A stretch of 64,000 nt of DNA. It comes from Squalus acanthias (taxonomy: Eukaryota). How positions within the stretch are numbered: position 1 is the first letter of the stretch; each line of letters begins with the position of its first letter. Below the pieces are notes generated by a model that made no database searches, had not been told where the DNA came from, and saw only the letters and a program-made list of their open reading frames with translations. The DNA lies in contig CM059433.1 of the NCBI GenBank assembly GCA_030390025.1, positions 19,284,001 to 19,348,000 of the forward strand, in the 5' to 3' direction. The position numbers and the translations under genes were made by a program. Positions 25,046-37,334 of this stretch are shown here, piece by piece.

Positions 25046-28000
25046 TAAGATTGAATAGTGACCATGGTATAGTATCATAATGAACTGTAAAACCCATTAC
25101 TGGAAACAGTAAAACTGCAATTGTTTGTGCATATTAACACATGCAAAACTTTTACGACCATATTTTCTTATTTAAAGACTTTAACATTCACAAAGCAGAA
25201 CTGAAAAAAAACACAGCAATGCTGCTGGACTTTCAAGATAGATTCACAGACCGTTATAATTACAAACATATAATGTCAGTACAAGGTTGCTTAATTTTTG
25301 TAGAATGTGCCCAATTGTTTAAAAAAAAGGAGAAACTGCTCCAATGGATCAGTGGCACAGCTATGCAGCTGAATAAGCTCAGTTAAGGAAATGTGGAGCA
25401 GCAAAATTACAGAAACCCCTACAGGACCTACAAAATGCTGTTGTAGCTTGCTGAAAATGCTTTTGTTGGCAGCTAGCAATCTGTTATCTGCCCCACACTT
25501 CATGTGAACCAAGCAAATATGAGGGAAAAAAGGGCAGACCCAACCGAGGAGTCTCTAAATGAATATATCCATTATGCTGATCTTAATAAAGCTGCAAAAT
25601 AATTCAATTTCCTCTTTAAAACAGTATTTCCATATGTACTCTCACACTATGGAACATTACCACTAAAGTTAAACAATCTAAAGAAATTCTTTAGTCAAGA
25701 ATTGGAGGGATTGCTCTGTTTCACAAAAAACACACAAATAACTTGCCAGCACATGAATAAACAGTAACTTGAACAATGCATAAATTGTAATGTTAAACCT
25801 CATCTGTTACTGTATCTCATGGATTCATGTTTAGTCTGCATTCCATTTTAGTTAAGAGAAAGGCAAAAAACATACTGAGATGATTCTTAGCTGTTTTCGG
25901 CTTAAGTGTAACATTTTAAATTTTGAGCATGAACATCACTGGATGATTTTTTTTCCCCCCCAAATAGGATTTTTTCAAATCCTATTTAAATTCAAATATC
26001 CTTCATTAACCTGCGGCTCTACTGTTGTGGAACTGATCGGATAGTGCACGGTGCATGCTCCGACCTGTTCTTGCTTTAAATGGCAATCGGGGTCCAATGT
26101 ATTTCATAGGACCTCAATTTGCATATTAAAAGTGTTCTAATGTCTGAAAAGGGCAGGCAGTTTGGCCAACCAGCAGTAGACCCCTTTTAAAATGGCAGTG
26201 GCTGCAACAGAGGAATGAACAGGGCGGTAAGTATTTCATTGCCATTTTAACTGTATTATTGCCTCGCTTGCATAGAACAGTTGTAGATGAAATAAGCTAA
26301 GATGGTTTTCCTTATCTGTATTTATCTTGCAATACTCAACATGATTCGCGGCGCTATAGGTTCTCAGTGTTACAGTTGAGTCAACACAATGCAACTCAAT
26401 CATGAGATAACCACATTAGACAGGCCTTAATCCAGCCAGCACTGCTAAAAACAGTACTGTCCTAGCTGATTTATATTTGATTTTAGTGCCATATTTGACT
26501 TAAAATGTGCACCAATGCAGCACTGATTGCAATAACTTAACTACGAATATTAAAGTGATCTTCGCAGGGTGAAGCCTTCACAATTTCATCAACTTGAAAT
26601 CACTGGCATGAAAAATTAGGCAGGTTTTACAACAGGTAGGTGGTCCACGCCGCCAGTTTACTGCCTTGGCGGCGAAGGTGAAAATTACCTCATTTCGCAC
26701 AATAAGATCAAGTCCCGATTCCTAACTTATTCTGGAAAAGCAACATTCCACTGTGTATATGGCAGTTACTCCTTTTCTTCACTTCTGACCATTATGCTCA
26801 CCATTTCAAGATTTCCTTAAGCTATCAAGAAACACTTCATTCCACTCCCCCCCCCCCCCGCCACCCTCACTGTTGACTGAACCATAAGCCAAACAGTAAG
26901 TACTTCTGCTTGAATGTTTTGATCCATTCCCACAGATAATCAGTGTGGAAATCTCGACAATGCTTGTGGTAGACTACTGGCTTCAGAAAGATACATCAGA
27001 TTTTGTATTTCAAAGTCAAAGTTTCAGAGCAAGCCATATTTTTTAATAAAAGATTTTATCACACATTGGCGGAATGATACCAGGGAAAACAAGAGTTCTA
27101 TCAAAAATCCACCTTTTAATACAATAGTAACAAACTAAGCTTAACAAAATGGCTACATTTTGGCATATGACATATATAGAATACGTATATCCTGATCAAC
27201 TCATGCATAGCACAATATATAATTTGGTTATTAGTCACAATCCACCATTTATTTTTTTAAACTCTTAATACAACAGCTTGATCCTTAATGAGATTTCTGC
27301 CAAAGGTCTATTTAAACGTGTTCGTTATGAATTATTTTGAACTGTATTTTTTGAAATCAGATTCCTAATTAAAGATTTAGGGAACTTTGTGCTTGTTGCT
27401 TTACTATGGAATCTAGTTTGCTCCTGAACAGCTTGCGTTTCTATATTGGCTGCTGAAAGAGTTACTGTTATTCACATAAATCTCCCGTGGTGATTTCAGC
27501 TTTCATTGGTTAACTGTCAAAAGATCATCTTTTTCTCTAGTTAATGTCTTGCATTTTAATAACTGTCTCCAGGCAGCTCAATCTGTTGATTGAATCAACA
27601 TGCTCAAAAATCTGCCATAAAGTTTATATTATAGGACTATTTATTTGAGGTCTTTGAACTACTGCATTTCACTAGGATTTTTATTTCCTCAAATAAAAAT
27701 AAGTTACTTCGCCCCTTGGGCTATAATCATGAATGTGACTAAAAGTTGTCAGTGGTTCAAAATATAAACTTCTTCCATTCGGGTTCATGATATAATATCC
27801 TTTTTAGCTACTGCAGCCAATTGTAGCAATACTGTCTTCAAAAGGCCTAATATTTACATGCAATCCTTAAATGTCACTGTACAGAAGCATCAAATCAGCC
27901 CATCTTTGCTGTGCTAATGTTTTCTGCGTGGGACAGCTAGGCTAAACCCACACGGCTGCTTTCTCCCAGTGTTCTTGAATATTCCGCTTTTTCAAGCAAC

Positions 28001-28462
28001 CACTCATTTTCTTTTACTTCAAGGAGTTGTTTCTTAATAGTGGCAGAAATCACTGCACTGCAACTCTATCACAGTATGTTCAATTATCCTGGAATAATAA
28101 ATGAACTGAAATGAGTTGGTACATTTATATACTGTGTGTAGGCCCAATTGATAGGGATAATTGAACCAGTTTTTAACCAATTACCACCATAAATTCCCAA
28201 ATTTGTTTTGAGTTGGTGAATGCAATTTTTAAATTTAAAAGCACAAGTTGTGCCTGGTCTTCATGTGGGTCACAAGTGCTCACACTTCACATTTTGGATA
28301 TCAGCATGCGTGTGTTGTATACTGTACGTGCCGTGCTGACATCATCAATGCAATGTTCATGCATCTCAAGACCCGATTTTGGGTGGGAAAATACATGGAG
28401 TCTTCGACATTCATATCTTTTTAAGGGACACAGATCTTCTTGGCCCAAACCATATAAATTGA

Positions 28463-29466
28463 AATAAAAACAGAAAATGCTGGAACTACTCAGCAGGTCA
28501 GGCAGCATCTGTGCAGAGAGAAACAGAGTTAACGTTTCAGGTCGATGACCTTTCATCAGAACTGGAAAAAGCTGGAGATGGAACAGGTTTTTAAAGTGTA
28601 GGGGCAGGGAAAGGGGGGAGGGGAGGAAAGAACAAAAGAGAAGGTCTGTGATAGGGTGGAAGGCAGGAAAGATTAAGAGACTAAAGGGATGATGGTGCAA
28701 AGCAAAAGGAGATGGTAATGGGACAAGTTAAGAAACAAAAGATGGCTCTAGATGAAGTGTAAATGGCGATGGCAGAATGAAAGACAGCTGCCATTTGTGA
28801 GAGAGAAAAAAAAGATAGGGGCAGAGGTTATGGTCTGAAATTGTTGAACTCGATGTTGAGTCCAGAAGGTTGTAAAGTGCCGAATCGATAGATGAGGTGC
28901 TGTTCCTCGAGCTTTCATTGAGCTTCATTGGAACAGTGTAAGAGGCCGAGGACGGTGAAGTCTGAGTGGGAGTGGAGCGGAGAATTAAAGTGACAGGCGA
29001 CTGGAAGCTCGGGGTCACCCTTACGGACTGAACGGAGGTGTTACGCAAAGCGGTCACCCAATCTGCGTTTGGTCTCCCCAATGTAGAGGAGACTGCATCG
29101 TGAGCAGCGAATACAGTATACTAAATTGCAAGTACAACAAGTAAATTGCTGTTTCACCTGGAAGGAGTGTTTGGGGCTCTGGACAGTGGGAAGGGAGGAG
29201 GTAAAAGGGCATGTGTTGCATCTCCTGCGATTGCATGGGAAGGTGCCGGGCGAAGGGGAAGGGGAAGGGGTGTTGGGGGTGATAGAGGAGTGGACCAGGG
29301 TGTCACAGAGGGAGCGGTCCCTTCGGAATGCTGAAAGGGGAGTTGAGGGGAAGATGTGTTTGGTGGTGGGATCACGTTGGAGGTGTCGGAAATGGCGGAG
29401 GATGATCCGTTGAATGTGGAGGCTGGTGGGGTGAAAGGTGAGGACAAGGGGAACCCTATCGTGGTT
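28463..29466 (-). mobile_element. 5'-truncated Penelope-like element (GIY-YIG endonuclease region, 3' UTR and pLTR)
   Basis: ORF 29041-29493 contains CNRRRCNTC...NLVYCIRC..C..LYIGETKRRLGDRF (GIY-YIG) with premature stops downstream. 13-bp TSD ccatataaattga at 28450-28462 and 29467-29479. Confidence 0.92.
28527..28563 (-). ncRNA. Minimal type I hammerhead ribozyme motif in the Penelope pLTR
   Basis: Minus strand reads AGUU CUGAUGA A AGGUC-AUC-GACCU GAAAC GUU AACU: intact core, 5-bp stem II, 4-bp stem I and a minimal palindromic stem III. Confidence 0.75.
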
Positions 29467-30043
29467 CCATATAAATTGATGCTTTTGGCTCAAACAGCAG
29501 CTTTAATTCTCAGTGCTTGTGTTAAATGATTGGATTTATTTTATTTATAAACCTGTATTCATACAGTTACACTTCCATGTTTTTATTTTATCGCCTGTGT
29601 CAATGCTCAAATCTCTAATCACCTGAATGTATTTTCCAATACATTCGACATATCAGGATTCATAAGTATGCAAGTTGCTCTGTACTTTCCTGTTTCCCAG
29701 GCAGCACCACATGTATTATGAGATCATAAAGCAGACCCATTAGAGGGCTTGTCATCCTTAGAAATCTTTAAATGTAGTAAGAAAAAGCTGGAGCGCGCTG
29801 TGTTTCTAATCATATAGTTCAAATATGCCTTGGCACATATTAAACTGTCTAAATTAGTATTCGCAGGCCTAATTTAACCTCTTCTCAGCCTGGGAACCAA
29901 CCCGAGTGCTCCGCTACTACACTGCAAACTCAGCAAAGGGGCTCAGCTGAGTTTTAGTTTCAGCCAGGGATCAAACATGGATCTTCCTGGTCTGCATGTC
30001 TCAGCACCTCAGCGTGTAGCCATAAGAAAAAGCACAAAACTTT

Positions 30044-31033
30044 GCGCTAGGTTTTGCTCTCAAAATAATGATGAGGCTAATGGCGCTCACTGTTATTTAT
30101 GCTCAAATGGTACAGCAACTTCAGGCGAGGGGCAGATGCGCAGTTAAACACGAATATCCAAAAGTTGTTTTCCAAGTTGCACCAGTCCGCTGTTAGCTTC
30201 GCGAAAACGGCATCTTGCTGTCTGCCTCGCCATTGAAATGCATTGAATAGCATGAAGTTCCTGTACTTGCGTGGTAGATACGAACTAAACTCGCCACAGA
30301 AAGTTAAGTCTTGTCATTTCAAGTCTAAGTACCCTTTTAACAACCTGATAAGTGTTGATTACTGCCAATCGACCTCTCTGGTACTGAAAATTAACTATTA
30401 CAAGTGTGGCGTTTCATTCCTTCAGGTTTTAATTATTGTTGGAGATTTTTTAAATGTTAAATTAATTTTTTTTATTTTCCTTTGTCTCTATTAATCCAAT
30501 CTTTCCTTCCCTTTCTATTTCTCTTTCTGTACCTAATTTTGCACTGAATTTACCCACTCTAATTTACACTTCCATCTCAGTCCTTGCACTAATACGATAG
30601 CAAAATACTGCGGATGCTGGAAATCCGAAACAACAGAAAATGCTGGAAAAACTCAACAGGCCAGGCAGCATCCATGGAGAGAGAAACAGAGTTAACGTTT
30701 CAGGTCTAACGAAAGGTCTTCGACCTGAAACGTTAACTCTCTTTCTCTCTCCACGGATGCTGCCTGGCCTGCTGAGTTTTTCCAGCGTTTTCTGTTGTTA
30801 TTTCAGTCCTTGCACTGTTCATTTCACAATCCTTCAATCTGATTGGTTAAGGAAATACGCAGTTGCTTGCCCTGTTGACTCAGGTCGCAGATGTCCTGTC
30901 TCCCTCCCTGCGTAGTTATCAGCTCATACTTTCAGCAACTTGTCACATAAAAAATTAAAAAGCCTAAATGTACAAAGCAAGTCTAACTAACGGCAGATAC
31001 TGTTAGATGCCCTGCTACAGCAAATTCTGGCCC
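30044..31033. mobile_element. PIF/Harbinger-like MITE, family B
   Basis: Right TIR cagcaaattctggccc with a degenerate left TIR. Colinear with 39989-40722. Confidence 0.75.
30591..30802. mobile_element. Palindromic Penelope pLTR-derived insertion
   Basis: Arms ~30629-30706 and 30722-30799 are inverted copies of the pLTR at 28465-28545. 14-bp TSD tcagtccttgcact at 30577-30590 and 30803-30816. Confidence 0.88.
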
Positions 31034-32144
31034 TTACTTAATTTTGGAAACTATGCCCTCTACTGGCACCAATTAGTTTCAGACAAGGGTAACTTTACCA
31101 TCATGCTAAAGCCAGGGTTCTTTAACATTGTGCAGGGCAATCTAATTCTGTGAGCTAATCATTTTTCAACACCATGATCTAATTCAAATCAGAATACAAA
31201 AACATAGCTTGTATTTTAAAGAATATGTACAGCATAACCATTTCAAATTACAGATTAATTTAACAATCCATAGTTGCCCATCAATTCTGAAAAGGTAATG
31301 GCAATATTTGGATTTCTAAATGTTTCAGGAGGTGCTTCGTAGGAAACTTGAGAAGTTAAAAGGAAAATAGAATTAAGGATTAAATAAACTGGACAAAAAA
31401 TGGTTGAATGAGGAAAGCCAGATTATTCAAAAATGAGCAATTGCCAGGTTGGGAAGAGGTACTAGTAGAGCATCTCAGAAATCTTCTATTCATAATCGCC
31501 AACAGGAATCAGAACAGGGGGAAATTAGCAAAATATCAAAACTGCGAAACATAAGAAAGTGAACAGGTTTAATTATAAAGGTACCACAGTTAACCAATAG
31601 AATAATTGCGAAGCCATATTGTGTGGCAGAAGGGAAGGTAAATGGCTTCTAATGTTCAAAATGTAAGACTATGCATATTTAATCTGGCAATACTTAGTAG
31701 GAGTTCAGGGGAGGTAGAAGAGGAGAAAGAAAACTTCAAATAGCTGCACAAGAAAAAAATAGCAAGGAAACATTGAAGGGAACTGACACCATCTTGGGAG
31801 TGTAATGAAACAGGTAAATATATTTTTAGGGTGAATATCAAGGACATTGGAATAGGTAATACTGAACATGTACAATATCACATTTAGATTACAATATTTA
31901 CAGAAGGATATAACAGTCTATGTTGAGAAAGTACAAATTAGAAATCGGAACTCAAAGGGAAATTAAATCTAGAACAATAGCATAAAGATAACAATTGATT
32001 CAGTGGTCAAGATTTATAAAGGAACAGAGGTGCTAATTCAAATTAGCCTTTTCTTGTTCATTTCTTTTGTCCTTTCTGTATGGATGGATTTGGCACAATA
32101 CACTGAAGCGAACTTTACAAACGGGTGATTCAAGGTTAACCTAC

Positions 32145-32307
32145 CCAGTCAAAGGATAAAATCCAGCACCCTCGGGCAATTCCAAACAAAACGTTCAAAG
32201 TACGTCGTGGGCGTCCTGCTACGACATGAGTTGTCGTTTCACTCACATGGTCTGAGAACAGAAAGCCACCTAGCCGTTTCACAATTTGACTCACAATGAT
32301 CTGATTC
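32145..32307 (-). CDS. MCPH1: Microcephalin 163-nt exon (BRCT2 core; equivalent to human exon 11)
   Basis: Acceptor ttttcttaacag| and donor TGG|gtaggt. Encodes NQIIVSQIVKRLGGFLFSDHVSETTTHVVAGRPRRTLNVLFGIARGCWILSFDW, the BRCT THVV/RTLN/GCW motif of MCPH1. Confidence 0.95.
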
Positions 32308-33194
32308 CTGTTAAGAAAACATACAAAACATTTCAAGTCATACATTCTCAAAGTATTGCCATAAAATTTTAAGAGCAGTTTTCACAGGTCAATGGGACCT
32401 AATCGAAGGGAGTTTAAGAATATAACAAAGCATAGTGCATGCAAACAGTCTCAAATTTTTAAAACATACACTTTAATTTCGAAAAAAATGTACATTAAAC
32501 AAAAATAAAACTGTACCAACAAATTTCCCTTGGCATTATGCATGACAAGTCCAATGATATGTTGTTTTATAGTGGCAGGGACATTATACCATGAAATGCA
32601 CAATATACTACTCTAATAAGGTGCAGCCATGTTTTAAATGTTTTGTCCCTTTAAGGCCATAAATTTAATTTTTTGCTATAAATTCTGTGACCAAGAAGTT
32701 AATTGCTATTGGTGAAATAAGTTTGGCAGGTATTTATAAATTCCTACCTGCACATCAAAAGAAACAAGCATGAAATTACTGCCTTTTTTGTGCTTTTGAC
32801 AGTTTGAAGTGTTATGTCTGAAGTGTGAGATGCACAAATGAAATTATATATAACAGCAGATCTCCTGCAGCATTGCTTATGGTGAATTGAAAGTTATGCT
32901 GTTGCATGCACATTTCGTTCTCTCTCTCTTTCACACAAAATTAGGCACAGGAGCCAGATGTGGTCAATACAACTACTATTATTTAGACACGAGAGGTGGT
33001 TTCATCAAGGCCATTACTGCCTGCCACAATATCAAATTGGTAAATAGTCAAAGATATATCATTTAAAAGGCACACAAACGAAGTTACTGCTGCCAGTTTT
33101 AACAGTATTTATGAATGCAGTTTTACAGATCAATATTTTGGCTTGCACTTCATCAGGAATTTATAGATGAGGAAAAGGATTTTGAATTTCATAC

Positions 33195-33587
33195 TTTAGA
33201 AGCAGTGAAGATTAAGGGTAGATTTGATAAAGGTGTTCAATATTATGAGGGATTTTGATGGAGGAGATAGGGAGAAACGGTTTCCACTGGCAGGAGGGTC
33301 AATAACCAGAGGACAAAGATTTAAGATAATTGGCAATAGATCCAAGGGAAATCAGGAGAGTTTTTTATGCAGGGAATTAAGATCTGGAATGCACTACCTG
33401 AAAAGGTGGTGGAAGCAGATTCAATAATAACTTTAAAAAAAGGAATTGGATAAATACTTTAAAAGGAGACATTTACAGAGCTATGAGGAAAGAGCAGGGC
33501 AGTGGGACTAATTGGACAGCTCTTTCAAAGGGCTGGCACAGACACGATGGACCAAATGGCCTTCTGTGCTGTAAGATTGTATGATGA
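33195..33587 (+). mobile_element. CR1 3' fragment
   Basis: ORF 33224 contains IKVFNIMRDFD..DREKRFPLAGGSITRG, followed by a CR1 tail. Confidence 0.75.
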
Positions 33588-33699
33588 AGGGGTAGTGTTG
33601 GTCATTGATGTGGGAACAAATCAGGAAGTGGGACTTAATGTGGCACAGGATATATGTAAAGAGCTTTTAACATTGTTCACGGAGGGTGAAGAATGGGAG

Positions 33700-35200
33700 A
33701 CCAGCATGGAGAGTGTTGGAATTGTTGACAAACGCATCGATAAGGGTTGCAGTGGCAGTAGGGTAGTGGTAATGACGGAGGTAAGCAATGCTGCAGTGGC
33801 AAAAGTAAGCGGTCTTCATGATGGATAGGATGTGGCCTTAAAGCTCAGCTCAGGGTCAAATAGCACTCCAAGGCCGTGAACAGTCTGGGTCAGCCTGAGT
33901 GTGTGGTGGGGATTGGGTGTAATCAGTGTCAAGGGAATGGAGGTTGTAACAGTGGCTGAAAGCAATGGCTTCAGTCTTCTCAATGATAAGCTGCTGTAAA
34001 TTATGACTCAAATATAGAAGCTGACTCAGTGTCTATGGATGATGTCACTGAGGGGCACCATATAGATGAGGAAATGGAAGGAGTCACTGCTGGAGATGCA
34101 CTGACTACATTGGGACAGTTAAGAGTGGAATGATGCAAGGCAGTCCCACTGAGCTGGACCATGCGGAGGAAGCAGTGGAAGAGACTGGCACGATGGATTG
34201 TGTCAAATGTTGCAGAGCAGGCAACCAGATCACGGAGCAATAAAGTGTATGGTCACCGTCAGAGAATATCACTGGTGACTTTAACCAGGGCAGTTTCGTG
34301 CTGTGAGCAAGGTAGAAATCAAACTGAAGAGAATCAACCAAGGAATGTGCACACAATTGAAAGGGAATGACACATTCAAGGATCATGGAAAGAAGGGGAG
34401 GTTAGAGATTGGGTAATGGCTGGAGGGAACCAATAGGCAATGGTGGGCTTTTTGACGAGGGGACGATGATCGGATGAGGGACAGTGACTGAACAGAGGGA
34501 TCTATTAACAGTTTTGGCAAGCATTGGGCCAGAGATTTAGTTAAGTGGTTAGGAGTAGGTGGTGAGGGTATCAGGATCCACAAGCAGGTTTCATAGAAGA
34601 GATAAGATTGTGGGTTGAGATAGGAGAGAGTCTGAAAAATGACTGGAACATGAAGGTTAGGAGATGATCGGTGGTAGTGGGTAGGGTGACTGGGGGGAGT
34701 GGTGCCCAAGACATCTGGTCTCAATCTTTGAGACAAAGAAATTGATGAGATGCTCACAGTTGATGTTAGAGGTGAGAAAGTTGGGGTTGCTACTCTAGAG
34801 AGCCAGGCAGAGGATGCAGAAATGCACAACATGGGGAGACTACATATTTCAAGTCTGGGGTGGGAGCAGGGGAAAAAGTTGGCTGGGATCTTTAGAAAAT
34901 GAGGTGGAGGTCAATGGGAACATGTTAAATGGGGTGTGCTAGGAGGCAGGAGGACATGGGACAGGAAGAGAGCACATAACAGGGCTGGAGGAAGGTCGAT
35001 TGAGGTGGTCTTGGGTTCAGATAGCAACCAATATGCAAATGTGGGCAAATGCAGGATAAACCAGAGCTTACATAAACAAGAGGCGGTGAATTAGGCATAG
35101 CAAGAAAGTCTATACAGGAGGAGCTAATGAGTGCAGGTAGCCAGTCCAGTGATCAGACACAGATGGGCAAGCAGATTGGAGAAGAGATTGTAAGAGAGGT
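33700..35200 (-). mobile_element. Old decayed L2 LINE
   Basis: ORF 34001-34240 contains ATFDTIH..L..VQLSGTAL, matching the L2 RT at 46543. Confidence 0.6.
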
Positions 35201-36169
35201 GGCATGCCCCGAGCCTACAAAGAGAGTTGGAGAAGTCCGGAGTCAGCAAAGAAATTTGTGAAAGTGTGCACCAGACTTCCAAATAAAGCATTTAATGCAG
35301 TCTTAACTAAATCCTTCATAAAGATAAGAACGGCTGATTGAATATAGGAATTGGATGGGAAAGAAGAATGCAAGAAGCAATGTATCTTGCACGTCTGACA
35401 GCACCGATTACAGGAATTCAAACAGATATATGAGTTCATGATGTTCAGACTATGACTCACATTAGATGAGAAGGCTAATCAAACAGCTGGTTGACTTAAC
35501 AAGAAAGCTGGAGAGGGGTAGAACAAGACATTGAGTCATCTACAGAAAAAATGCTTTTGGTGCACAGAATGCTGCTGCTGAAGTACTTAAATATGGGGAA
35601 CAAGGAGGACTGGCTATGATAAATGGGTCTGGAGAACAGAGCAAGTATCTCAGGTTTGGAATCTAGCACAAATAATTTCATCATATAAGGAGGACAGAGT
35701 ATTAACTGAGATGCATTAGTCTGATCAGTGTGCCCGAAAAGGTTTCTACTGCAGAATTCCTGAATAGGATATAGGAATGCCAAATGGAAGGCTGGGGAGA
35801 AACCAGTGTTGCTTTAGAACATGTAACTGCTGACCAAATCTTTACACAGATAAATGATGGAACAGCATTGGGATGATAAGAAAGGTCTATTGGTATATTT
35901 TGTGGACTGAAGCAAATATCCGATTCAGTGTGGGGAGATGGTGTCTTGGAACTGTTGGATCTCGATGGAGTAACTGGAAAAGGAGATGTACAAGGGTGTG
36001 TGTCGGGATTGAAAGGCATATCAGAATGATTCAAATTGAAACAGGCTGCATCTGGTCTCACACCATGCTCAATATATCATAGACCATATCAAGAATGAGG
36101 CAATGGGAAATGGGCACTAAAGGCAGTTTGTGTGAATGTGCATGGGTAGGTTAAAACTTTAAAAATTGG

Positions 36170-36600
36170 GAATATGTAGATGATGTTGCCATTCTCGCTG
36201 GATCCTTGGTGGCCATCATTATGCTACAAAGTCATCCTTCCCCTGTGCTGAAAATGAGCGATCACAGTCTTCTAACTTTTGGTCACGCTTACCCAGAAAT
36301 TAAACTATGCAAGTTCTAGAATCTGAAGACTTTTAAAACCAAGCTAGGCATCATCTTGTCACTGCTTCATGACTTATTCTTTACAACCTTGATGGTGACC
36401 TGCAAACCTTGGCCTTTAAACTTAGTTCATCAACTTAAAAAACATGACGACAAAGGAGCTCGATGGCGAGCTAAAGAAGTTGGGATTCAACATCAACTTT
36501 GCCAAAACCAAGTGTATAACGCACTGCTTGTATTGGTTCCACTTACTGAACCAGGAATCACTGCCTTCAAGAGGAATTTGGGGGAGGAAAGAGAAAAACA
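36170..36600 (+). mobile_element. RTE-like LINE remnant
   Basis: EYVDDVAILA at ~36170 and LGFNINFAKTK in ORF 36444. Confidence 0.45.
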
Positions 36601-36996
36601 ACCAGGAATGTCTTAAATTTGAAGTTACATTTAAATATACAAAATGGGATGGCTTACGGCTTTTCACATAAAAGGTTTTGAAGAGTTATCTTTTGTTTCA
36701 TTTCTGGTTTCTTGCATTAAAGCAATTTCAAAGCAGTGATATTGGTGATGAGTTTATACACAAAGTGAATACACTCTACAGGCAACTACTGTTAAAGTAA
36801 AAACCAAACAATTCACTACTGCTTTAGCAAGGTTCCTTACACATCTTTTTCAACTAAGCATAATGCATTCTTTATCATATGTTAAATCTAGCTTCTCCCT
36901 GGACATACCACAGCATATCGCTGCCAGCTTTCAAAGGTTAGAGGTTTTTTTTTAAGGTTCAGGGAAAATCAAAATAAAAAGAAATTTTGCACTTAC

Positions 36997-37034
36997 TCCG
37001 AAGGCATGCTCGTCATGACTAGTGTTCTGCTTGG
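36997..37034 (-). CDS. MCPH1: Microcephalin 38-nt exon (start of BRCT2; equivalent to human exon 10)
   Basis: Minus strand reads ttctag|CCAAGCAGAACACTAGTCATGACGAGCATGCCTTCGGA|gtaagt = PSRTLVMTSMPS(E), versus human PTRTLVMTSMPSE. The phase-2 end is completed by the G at 32307. Confidence 0.92.
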
Positions 37035-37334
37035 CTAGAAAAATAAAGAAAACCAGTATAAACTCTTTTAGCCCATAATCATTCCTGGTCACACTGATAA
37101 GCACAATTACATCATGGATTTTGCAAGAAATGGAACTGCAGATTGTGGTCAAAGATTTTGTTACAATTTGCTTATAACAACAGTTTAATGTTATACAAGT
37201 ACATACTTTCACATAAAGTATGCAGCAATGTACATCATTATATCAGTTTCTAATACTACTACCAATTTCTGTTTATAATCATGAGTAAGGTACCATACAT
37301 GTATTTATTGTAATTTAAATTTAAGAAAGTTTTC

